A DNA stretch of 64,000 nt from Gemmatimonadota bacterium (GTDB lineage: Bacteria; Gemmatimonadota; Gemmatimonadetes; Gemmatimonadales; GWC2-71-9), in NCBI GenBank assembly GCA_011390645.1, contig JAABRY010000004.1:1608-65607 (forward strand), in the 5' to 3' direction. Under the pieces are notes generated by a model that saw only the letters and a list, made by a program, of their open reading frames with translations, did not search any database and was not told where the DNA came from. The translations under genes were made by a program, and so were the position numbers. Below, piece by piece: positions 42,330 through 50,227 of this stretch (positions within the stretch are counted from its first letter, which is position 1; each line of letters begins with the position of its first letter).

Positions 42330-44528
42330 ATGATGCCTCGACGCACAGCAGCACTCCGCACCCGGGCGCATGCGTCTGCAGGGGAAACGTGTGTGAACGA
42401 TGAGGATCCGTCAGGCGTCGGCGCCGCCATCGTGGACTCGCTCCTGGATGGCGCGCGTGACGCCACCTTCGTGTTGAATCCGAAGGGTGACCTGACGGCT
42501 GCGAACACCGTTGGTGAGCGCTTGTTGGGATGGTCGTCGGATGAACTCCACGGCCGCCCCTTTCTGGCGTTCATTCCGGAGCGTTTCCACCGTGTCGTGG
42601 AGCATCGGCCGACGACGGTTCCCGCAGATTCGCCGACCGACCCACCGACCAGCACCACCATCACGCTTCGGGCGTTGCGCCGCGATGGCACGGAGGTGCC
42701 CGTCGAGATCACGCGGCATCCCCTGGGTGATGGGACCAGTCCGTGCACACTCGTCACGCTCCGTGACGTCAGTGCGAGTTATCGAGCGCGGGAGGCCTTG
42801 CTGCGCGAGAAGGAGGTGGCGGTCTCCACCCTCGCCTCCATCGGGGATGGTGTGGTGACGACGGACCTCGAGGGGAATGTCTCCTACCTCAACGCTGCTG
42901 CGGAACGACTCACCGGCTGGCGCATGTTCGAGGCGATGGGACATCCCATCATGGTGGTCATGCCGCTGATCTCGGAGGCGAGCCGGTTGCCGGTCGAGGG
43001 ACCGATCGCCCGATGCCTGCGTGAGGAGCGGTCGGTGGAGTCGCCCGAGGGGATGATGTTGCTCCGCCGCGACGGAACCGAGATGCCCTTCGGCGATTCG
43101 GCCTCACCGATCCGTGAGATTGGTGGTCGCATGACCGGTGCGGTCCTCGTCTTCCACGACACCAGCGAACGGCGCCGGATCTCGCGTGCGCTGGCCTACG
43201 ATGCCGCCCACGACCCGTTGACCGGGGTTGCCAACCGCACCGCGCTCGAGCGCCAGCTCGCGCGGGTCCTCGCCGAGGTGCGCACCAGTACCGGCACGGA
43301 GGTGCAACACGTCCTCTGCTACTTCGACCTCGATCGCTTCAAGGTCATCAACGACACCGGTGGGCATGCCGTCGGAGACGTGGTGTTGCGTCGGGTGGTC
43401 GAGGTGATCGGGACGCAACTGCGCCGCCGCGACACGCTGGCACGTGTCGGGGGCGACGAATTCGTGGCGTTGCTGGAGCATTGCACGCTCGAAGAGGCCG
43501 AGCGCATCACGACGGCCTGTTGTGCGGCGATCGATGCGCTCCGTGTCACCTCGGGCGACCACACGTTCTCCCTTGGCGTCAGCATCGGCATGGTCCCGAT
43601 CACGCGGGAGATCGAACGCACCGCCGATCTGTTGAAGCTGGCTGATGCGATGTGTTACCGTGCCAAGCACAGCGGTGGAAACCGGGTGCAGATGGCGAGC
43701 GACCATGATGCGGGGGTGGCTCAGGACGACCTCGAGGCACGCCGGGCGGTGCGTGCGGCACAGATGGCGCAGCAGGGCGAACTGGTCCTCCACGTGCGAC
43801 CCATTCTTTCGCTGCACCCAGAGCAGGACGCACGACCACGGTGTGAGTTGATCCTGCACGCACTCGGGGGACGGGTCGGCATGAACGGGCCGGAGAACGC
43901 CGACAATGGTGTCGTCCGCCTCCCGGTCGGCCCGGAAGCGAATCGGTGGATCGTGCATCAGGTCGTCCGCCTCCTGGCGAGGTGGCGCGCGACCCATCCC
44001 AGCGACACGTGGCCGCAATGCATCGTGCCCCTCACCTCCGCGGCCCTGCAGGACGACCGACTCGTGCCGTTGCTCGGCGAGGTACTGACAGAACACGGGG
44101 TGCCAGCGTCGGCGCTCTCCCTGCGCCTTTCCGAGGCAGATGCGCTCGGCAACGTGCCGGCCACGCTACGCCTCGCCACGTCCTTGACCGCGCTGGGATG
44201 CGGCCTGACCCTGAGCGAGTGCGGCAAGAGTCTCGATGCCTTCGCGCAGCTCTCCACCTTGCCGGTGAATCAACTCATCGTATGCGGGAGCCATGTCGCC
44301 AAGGCGGTACGGGATCCCATCCACGCCGGCATCGTCCGCGCCATCGCCGAAATCGGTGTCCACCGACGCATCACGACGATCGCGCCGCAGGTGGACACCC
44401 CTGAATTGCTGGCCGCGTTGCGTACCCTGGGCATCGGGTATGTGCTCGGCGATGCCGTGGCGCCGTTGCGGCCACTGGTGGGCGGGGATGGCGAGGTGGG
44501 GTTCTCGCAGGGAGTCGTGAGTCACTAG
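42330..44528 (+). CDS. PAS-PAS-GGDEF protein with degenerate EAL-like C-terminal domain
   Basis: It has two PAS modules, an intact GGDEF with an RxxD I-site (LRRRDTLARVGGDEF), and a C-terminal EAL-fold-like region lacking the canonical motifs. The start is taken at ATG 42330/42333 after GGAGGG. Confidence 0.85.
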   Translation: MMPRRTAALRTRAHASAGETCVNDEDPSGVGAAIVDSLLDGARDATFVLNPKGDLTAANTVGERLLGWSSDELHGRPFLAFIPERFHRVVEHRPTTVPADSPTDPPTSTTITLRALRRDGTEVPVEITRHPLGDGTSPCTLVTLRDVSASYRAREALLREKEVAVSTLASIGDGVVTTDLEGNVSYLNAAAERLTGWRMFEAMGHPIMVVMPLISEASRLPVEGPIARCLREERSVESPEGMMLLRRDGTEMPFGDSASPIREIGGRMTGAVLVFHDTSERRRISRALAYDAAHDPLTGVANRTALERQLARVLAEVRTSTGTEVQHVLCYFDLDRFKVINDTGGHAVGDVVLRRVVEVIGTQLRRRDTLARVGGDEFVALLEHCTLEEAERITTACCAAIDALRVTSGDHTFSLGVSIGMVPITREIERTADLLKLADAMCYRAKHSGGNRVQMASDHDAGVAQDDLEARRAVRAAQMAQQGELVLHVRPILSLHPEQDARPRCELILHALGGRVGMNGPENADNGVVRLPVGPEANRWIVHQVVRLLARWRATHPSDTWPQCIVPLTSAALQDDRLVPLLGEVLTEHGVPASALSLRLSEADALGNVPATLRLATSLTALGCGLTLSECGKSLDAFAQLSTLPVNQLIVCGSHVAKAVRDPIHAGIVRAIAEIGVHRRITTIAPQVDTPELLAALRTLGIGYVLGDAVAPLRPLVGGDGEVGFSQGVVSH

Positions 44529-44703
44529 TCGTTGGTCGTTGGTCGTTGGTCGTTAGTCATAGGTCGTAGGTCGTAGGTCGTAGGTCGCAAAGGGTGAAGC
44601 GTAAGGCGCAATAGGGGCTGTCGTACTGGTTCCCCTTTCACGTTTCACGTTTCACCTTTTACTAACGACTAACGACTAACGACTAACGACTAACGACTAA
44701 CGA
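44526..44703. repeat. nested composite of four heptamer families
   Basis: The element starts with 9 units at 44526-44588 (TAGTCGT, TGGTCGTx3, TAGTCAT, AGGTCGTx3, AGGTCGC), then a 47-nt centre, then TTTCACG/TTTCACC x3 (44636-44656) and (CTAACGA)x6 (44662-44703). The outer GTCGTTG/GTCGTTA units are complementary, with G.U pairs, to the TAACGAC units. The length was checked against the flanking stop codons. Confidence 0.9.
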
Positions 44704-44709
44704 CCCACC

Positions 44710-45384
44710 TCACCACTGCGCCAATTCCACCATCATCACGGCCGCACCGACCGCCAGCCACGGGTCGATCTCGTGTGCCCGCGCCTCACGCGTCAAGCAC
44801 CAGCCATGCGGTGCCGTGCGGCGCGCGATCGCGGCCCTCGCGCTAGCGGGGAGGATGCGGGTACCGAGTGCCGCCAATCTTGAGGGCGGTGCGGGGTCTG
44901 AATCACCGAATGGCAATGTCTTGCGGACCAGGGTGCCGATCGGCGTGCCATCAAGGACCCACACGAACCCCGACGGACCGGAGAGTTCAGAGCTGGTGCC
45001 ATCGCCGCCAAGCGCGGCCTCCAGCATCCCGGCCAGGAGACCCTCACCGGCACGCGATCGCATTGATCGTGCATCTCGGAACCGCCCGAATCGTGTCCCA
45101 TCGGCGCCACGCACCCGTCCGCTCCGATGACACCAGCCGAGGGCGTGCTGCTGCGGGTAACCGAGGATGTCGATGCGTCCGGTGAGTGGGAAGAGACGAC
45201 GCCGTCGCAACAACAGACCCTCACCGCCAGGAGCCTGCAGGCGCAGGTCGCGTCCCCAGTTGTCGGCCTGCCCGCGCAAGAGCACCGCACCATCGGGAAG
45301 ATGGACGGCATAGTCGCGCACACGACGTCTGCCATCGTGATGCCGTGTGACGACGATCCACAGTTCGGCGGATGCTACCTGCAT
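44710..45384 (-). CDS. hypothetical protein (possibly Tubby/LURP1-like fold)
   Basis: 224-aa ORF. It has more T/A-ending codons than its neighbours by eye. I recognise no motif with certainty. Confidence 0.5.
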   Translation of the reverse strand: MQVASAELWIVVTRHHDGRRRVRDYAVHLPDGAVLLRGQADNWGRDLRLQAPGGEGLLLRRRRLFPLTGRIDILGYPQQHALGWCHRSGRVRGADGTRFGRFRDARSMRSRAGEGLLAGMLEAALGGDGTSSELSGPSGFVWVLDGTPIGTLVRKTLPFGDSDPAPPSRLAALGTRILPASARAAIARRTAPHGWCLTREARAHEIDPWLAVGAAVMMVELAQW

Positions 45385-45433
45385 CTCGACCTTCCTCCGG
45401 TCACCGTTGACGGTGTGCCCTGCTGCTGACTTG

Positions 45434-45460
45434 CGACCTACGACCTACGACCTACGACCT
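45434..45460. repeat. (CGACCTA)x~4 heptamer array
   Basis: Lies immediately after the stop (45461) of the minus-strand ATPase gene. It is the reverse complement of the GGTCGTA family. Confidence 0.9.
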
Positions 45461-46012
45461 TCAAAACAGCTCCGTCTGTGGTCCATGCAATGGCAACCCG
45501 CACCGCACCAGTACCTCGTCGACCCACCCATCGCGTGCACCGGCGTCGAGCTGGTGGCACGGCACATCGAAGTGGATCAGCAATGCATCGATCGTCTGGT
45601 CGATGGCGGCCTGGAAGTCCTGGCTGACGTCGCGGCGACCATCAAAGGAGGGCGGGTGGATGATCGGCACCTTGAAGAGCGCGTCGTAGGTGCCGATCCA
45701 CTCGGTGATGAGTGCGTCATAGGCGGCCTGACGACCACCCTGATACACGAGGTAGGCATAGTTGTCGAGGACAGAACGATCGCAAATGACGATCTCCGCC
45801 TCGGCTGCCGCCGCGATCTCACTGGCCACCTGCGTGTGGAGGATCCACGCCTGCGCCTGTACCGTCGTGTCCCGATTGATCGGCAGGGGACAGCGCCGCG
45901 CCACCTCCATCACCAGTTCGATGACGCGGTCCTGCCGCTTCAGTCGCGCCGCCAGATCGTAGCAGAGCGTGGTCTTGCCGACGCCGTGCGACCCGATAAA
46001 AGCCAGCTTCAT
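45461..46012 (-). CDS. small P-loop NTPase (AAA_28/NadR-kinase-like)
   Basis: 183 aa with Walker A GSHGVGKTT at the N-terminus and a Walker B-like IVICDRS. Confidence 0.7.
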   Translation of the reverse strand: MKLAFIGSHGVGKTTLCYDLAARLKRQDRVIELVMEVARRCPLPINRDTTVQAQAWILHTQVASEIAAAAEAEIVICDRSVLDNYAYLVYQGGRQAAYDALITEWIGTYDALFKVPIIHPPSFDGRRDVSQDFQAAIDQTIDALLIHFDVPCHQLDAGARDGWVDEVLVRCGLPLHGPQTELF

Positions 46013-46023
46013 CTGTTGCGCCC

Positions 46024-46065
46024 CTAACGACTAACGACTAACGACTAACGACTAACGACTAACGA
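46024..46065. repeat. (CTAACGA)x6 heptamer array
   Basis: Six perfect units. The last unit supplies the stop (CTA at 46059-46061, which is TAG on the minus strand) and the final Arg codon of the S9 peptidase, whose final Gly codon straddles the array edge. It is identical to the array at 44662-44703. Confidence 0.9.
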
Positions 46066-48980
46066 CCATCAACCGGTGCGTCCTTCGCGATGAACGGGAC
46101 GCCGCTGGTCAGCCAGGTCGGCGCGGCCACGCCGCGCAGGTAGTGGTCGAAGAACTCGAAGTACCGGATCGTCAGGTCCTTTCGGTTCGCGAGGCCGCGC
46201 AAGCCATGGCCTTCACCGGGGTAGGCCAGCATCACCGCCGACTTCCCGTTGTAGCGCAGCGCATTGTAGAAATTCATCCCCTCGCTGAAGCCGACCGTGG
46301 GGTCGGCGGTACCATGCATGATCAGGAACGGTGCCTTCGCGTTGGGGGCATGCGTCATCGCCGACTCGAAACGGTAGCGTTCCGGGTTGTCCCACGGCGA
46401 GAAGCCCCAGCGACCCTGCCCATAGAGGTAATAGCCATTGCCGTTCTGTCCGCTGCCACCGGTGACCTGGTAGCTCCATCCCCAGCTCTGCGAGAAGTCG
46501 GTGGTGAGGTCGGTGACACCGGCGCCCATCCCGACGGCGGCGAAGAGATTCGAGCGCGTGCCGATGAATGCTGCGCCCTCGCCACCGTAGCTGTGGCCGT
46601 GCACGCCGATCCGCTTCGGGTCCACGTATCCCATCGCGATCACCTTCCGCGTGGCGGCCTCCACCGCGTCGAGCATGTCGCTGTGTGACGACCCGGTGTG
46701 GAAGTGCACGTCCGGCAGCATCGTCGCATACCCGCGGCTGACCGCTTCGACCGGCATCCCACCCATCCCGGTGAGGAACGAGGGGGTCGGATAGCGATGC
46801 ATCGTCTGCGAGTTCTTCTCGTAGAAGGTCACCAGCATCGGCAGCTTCTGGCCGCTGACATGGTCATCCGGCAGGGCGAGCACCCCCTGCAGCTTCACCC
46901 CGCGTCGGGTGGTGTAATCGAAGAGGATCCGGCGGCCCCAGCGGTATTCGGTCTGGTGCGGGTTGGCATCGCTGATCTTCACCGGGTCCGCGAGATCCTG
47001 ACGCGCCAGCAGCAGGTCGGGGAAGTCGCGGAAGGTCTGGCGCGTGAAGAGGACGCGGTCGCTCCCCGCCACACCGTTCGGGGTGCTGAACGCGGCATCG
47101 TCAAAGACGAGGGGCTGCATCTGACCGTCGGTCAGGCGATAGAAGCCGGACTTCTTGGTCCACTGCCCATAGGCAGACAGGGTGATCGGTGCGTCGAGGT
47201 CGATCTCGCGCGCCAGCCGGGCGGCGCGCTGCACGGTCGAGTCGATCGGCGTGATCCGTACCGGGCGGAAGACGATCTCCTCACGGGTACCAAGACCGTT
47301 GGTGAGATTGCGTGCCGGTGTTGCGCCGTTGAAGGGCAGGAGCCAAAGGTCGTACCGTGACTGCGCGATCACCCCGCTGCCATCGGCCGCGTAGCCGGCG
47401 ACGCCGTAGGAGGGCACGGGGCCCGGATAGTCGAACTCGCGGTTCACGAGGCTCGGCGCACCCGCGCCAAGCGGCCGGGTCGCGCCGGCCGCCAGATCGT
47501 AGGCATGCCACCGCGCGTCCTTCCAATAGAGGAATCGCGAACCATCAGGTGAGATCCCGCCAACATGCTGGCCGGTGAGCTGCCCCGTCAGCATCGGGGT
47601 CCGTTCACCGGTGACGGTGTTCACCCGGAAGAAATCCGCCGCCGATGGCTTGTAGTCGGAGATGTACGGCCGCGGGTCGCGACCGACGGCCCAGATGCCG
47701 GTCACCGGCAACTCGATGTCACGCATGGCGGAGTCCGTGAGCGTGATGTAGCGCCCAGCGCCGACATCAAACGCCTGGCGGAAGGTGCGGTTCCGCTCCA
47801 TCTCGGCCTGGATCATCTGCTGTGACTGGATCCGCTCGTCCTGCGTGAGCCAGACATCGACGTTCGCGAGGGAGTCCGTGCTCTTGCGGCGGCCGGTGTC
47901 GGGTGCGGTCGTCTGCGGAATGATGCCGAAGAAGACACGCGCGCCGTCCTCACTCCACTCGAGCGAGGCGCGCTCGCTCACTTCGAAGCCGGTCGGGAAG
48001 CCTTCGGTCGACGTCGGGTCGAGCACGACCGAGGTCGCAGGCGCCGTCACCTGGGGGAAGACGATCAATCGATTGGCGCGTTCCCGCTTCTTCTCCACTT
48101 CACTACCCTTGAGGACGGCGAGTGCCGTGCCCGCATCGTTCCAGGCCAGGCGACCATAGCGGAGGGTGTCATTGTCGAGTGCCTCGATCCGGCCCGTCGC
48201 CAGCGTCGCGAGGTAGACGCCATTGGCATCACGCACTGCGGCGTCCACAGTGTACGCGAGGTGAGACCCATTCTTGTTGAAGGCGATCTCGTTCACGCTG
48301 CCGAGGTAGAGCGAACGATCGGTGGTGAGATCATGCAGGATCGCATCGAGGCCGCGCGGGGCGTTCGGTCCCGGCGGACTCCCCCCCCCTGATGCCCCGG
48401 ACGTGGCGGGGCGACGGCGCAGGACCAGGTGACTCGAGGTGGTCGAGAAGGTCGCGCCCTGGATCTCCTGCCACGACCTCGTGACGCCGGTGGCCAGTTC
48501 ACGCAGCTCCCATCGCCGCGTCACCTTGGTGCCGGCAGCTCCGCGCGCGGCGGGCGTGGCGGGGGGTGCTGGCGTCGCAGGAGGAGACGTGGAATCCGCG
48601 GGCGTGGTGGTCGAGTCCGCGCGGCGCGGTGAGGGGCGCTTGGGCTGGATTTCGACCAGGTAGGTCAGCCACTTCCCGTCGGGTGAGAACGAGGGATCCG
48701 AGGCATCGGCAATCTCGATCTCCGTGCCGGCCCCCACGTCACGCAGGCGGAGCACCGGCTTCGCATCCGGCGCGAGGGTGTTGGCGTGACGCAGCCCATA
48801 CACGACCCACTTTCCGTCATGCGACAACTGGGCGTCCTGAATGGTCCGCCAACGGGCGTAGTCCTCGACACCGAGCACTTTCGTGCCGGGCGCGGCCGTG
48901 GTGTCCTGTGCGTGGACGAGGGCTGGGGCCGTGACCAGGAGCAGCACGCCGAGCAGCGTGGCGGAGCGGAGCAGGGACAT
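46059..48980 (-). CDS. S9-family serine peptidase (prolyl oligopeptidase/DPP type) with N-terminal beta-propellers
   Basis: 973 aa with a signal peptide. It has TolB/WD40-like repeats, the nucleophile motif GHSYGG and downstream Asp/His regions (MHGTADPTV, GEGHGL). Confidence 0.85.
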   Translation of the reverse strand: MSLLRSATLLGVLLLVTAPALVHAQDTTAAPGTKVLGVEDYARWRTIQDAQLSHDGKWVVYGLRHANTLAPDAKPVLRLRDVGAGTEIEIADASDPSFSPDGKWLTYLVEIQPKRPSPRRADSTTTPADSTSPPATPAPPATPAARGAAGTKVTRRWELRELATGVTRSWQEIQGATFSTTSSHLVLRRRPATSGASGGGSPPGPNAPRGLDAILHDLTTDRSLYLGSVNEIAFNKNGSHLAYTVDAAVRDANGVYLATLATGRIEALDNDTLRYGRLAWNDAGTALAVLKGSEVEKKRERANRLIVFPQVTAPATSVVLDPTSTEGFPTGFEVSERASLEWSEDGARVFFGIIPQTTAPDTGRRKSTDSLANVDVWLTQDERIQSQQMIQAEMERNRTFRQAFDVGAGRYITLTDSAMRDIELPVTGIWAVGRDPRPYISDYKPSAADFFRVNTVTGERTPMLTGQLTGQHVGGISPDGSRFLYWKDARWHAYDLAAGATRPLGAGAPSLVNREFDYPGPVPSYGVAGYAADGSGVIAQSRYDLWLLPFNGATPARNLTNGLGTREEIVFRPVRITPIDSTVQRAARLAREIDLDAPITLSAYGQWTKKSGFYRLTDGQMQPLVFDDAAFSTPNGVAGSDRVLFTRQTFRDFPDLLLARQDLADPVKISDANPHQTEYRWGRRILFDYTTRRGVKLQGVLALPDDHVSGQKLPMLVTFYEKNSQTMHRYPTPSFLTGMGGMPVEAVSRGYATMLPDVHFHTGSSHSDMLDAVEAATRKVIAMGYVDPKRIGVHGHSYGGEGAAFIGTRSNLFAAVGMGAGVTDLTTDFSQSWGWSYQVTGGSGQNGNGYYLYGQGRWGFSPWDNPERYRFESAMTHAPNAKAPFLIMHGTADPTVGFSEGMNFYNALRYNGKSAVMLAYPGEGHGLRGLANRKDLTIRYFEFFDHYLRGVAAPTWLTSGVPFIAKDAPVDGR

Positions 48981-49083
48981 GGTGGCGGTTTCCGGAATGG
49001 GACGTGGAGGTCGGGGGACAGCGGTGAAGGGTGACCGCGCCGGTGGTAAAGGTCAATTCACTCGTGCAGCAGGGGTGGGTGGT

Positions 49084-49560
49084 TCATGCCTCGGACCAGC
49101 TTCGGTAGGGGTGCCGCGCCAGCATCGCGTTGTGGTAGCGCGGGTCACCGGTCACTTCGCGGCCGAGCCACGGTGGCACCCTGAACGCCTCGTCCTCGTC
49201 CTCGAGCTCGACTTCCGCGAGGACGAGGCCTTCGTTTGCTCCATGGAATTGATCGACTTCGAACAGATGATCGCCGTAGGGTACTGCGTGACGTGTCTTG
49301 TCGATGACACCGGGCTCGCACAGTGCAAGCATTGCCTCGGCCTCCGCCACCGGAATCTCATATTCCCATTCGGACCGTGTCGTGCCAGCGGCATTCAGGG
49401 GTCCCTTGATCGTCACGAAGCCGCGATCACCGGCGCGGCGAATGCGCACGGTGCGCTCGGGTGTCGCGGTGAGGTATCCCTGGGTGATGCGCGTGCTGAC
49501 GTGGGCGTCAACCTGATAGACGCCATCCACAAGGAACTTTCGTTCGATCTCCAGTGCCAT
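49084..49560 (-). CDS. CYTH-domain protein (triphosphate tunnel metalloenzyme)
   Basis: ATG 49560 gives MALEIERKFLV, the EXEXK signature at the N-terminus. Length is 158 aa. Confidence 0.8.
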   Translation of the reverse strand: MALEIERKFLVDGVYQVDAHVSTRITQGYLTATPERTVRIRRAGDRGFVTIKGPLNAAGTTRSEWEYEIPVAEAEAMLALCEPGVIDKTRHAVPYGDHLFEVDQFHGANEGLVLAEVELEDEDEAFRVPPWLGREVTGDPRYHNAMLARHPYRSWSEA

Positions 49561-49712
49561 GCACCAACCTCGCCAACGACGTGGAGGAGGAACCCTCGGA
49601 TGAGTGCAAATTGGCGACATGCCGTCCGCGGCGCACCGGGAGGGGCAGGGAAGCGCTTAGCTTGCGGAGTCTCCACTCCCTTGGGCTCCCACTCACTGGG
49701 CAGGTCTGCCGC

Positions 49713-50189
49713 ATGACCGACGGCTCCCACGACATGACCATCTGGATCGATGCCGACGCGACACCGCGCGACGTGAAGGAGATCGTCTTCCGCGCGGCCA
49801 AGCGACTCGGCATTCCGACGATTCTGGTCGCGAATCAGCGGCTGGACCCGCCACTTGGCAATCCGATGATCACGGCAGTACGCGTGGAGGGCGGCCCGGA
49901 TGTTGCCGACCAGTACATCGTCGATCACGCGGTGGCGGGAGACCTCGTGGTAACGCAGGACATCCCGCTGGCCGCGCTGTTGGTGCCGTCGAGCATCGTG
50001 GTGCTTGACCCGCGAGGGGAGGAGCACACCGAGGAGACGATCGGGGAACGGCTGTCGGTGCGGAACCTGATGGAGTCGTTCCGGAGTGCGGGGGTCGTGA
50101 CCGGTGGTCCCCCCCCGTGGCATCCGCGAGACAAGGCCGCGTTCGCCTCCGCGCTGGATCGCGCGCTGACCCGACTCCGACGGCGCTAG
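49713..50189 (+). CDS. YaiI/YqxD-family protein (DUF188)
   Basis: ..IWIDADATPRDVKEIVFRAAKR..VVTQDIPLAA.. is typical of UPF0178. The start is ATG 49713 or 49734. Confidence 0.8.
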   Translation: MTDGSHDMTIWIDADATPRDVKEIVFRAAKRLGIPTILVANQRLDPPLGNPMITAVRVEGGPDVADQYIVDHAVAGDLVVTQDIPLAALLVPSSIVVLDPRGEEHTEETIGERLSVRNLMESFRSAGVVTGGPPPWHPRDKAAFASALDRALTRLRRR

Positions 50190-50227
50190 GGCACGGTATC
50201 TTTGGTGGACCTCGTGGGGGAGCTGGC

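Noticed and set aside
49021-49060. GGTGAAG-GGTGACC and GTGAA..TTCAC downstream of the CYTH gene, considered as another heptamer site.
   Set aside because: It has only two imperfect units and a 5-bp inverted match, which is too weak to count. It may be a decayed remnant.
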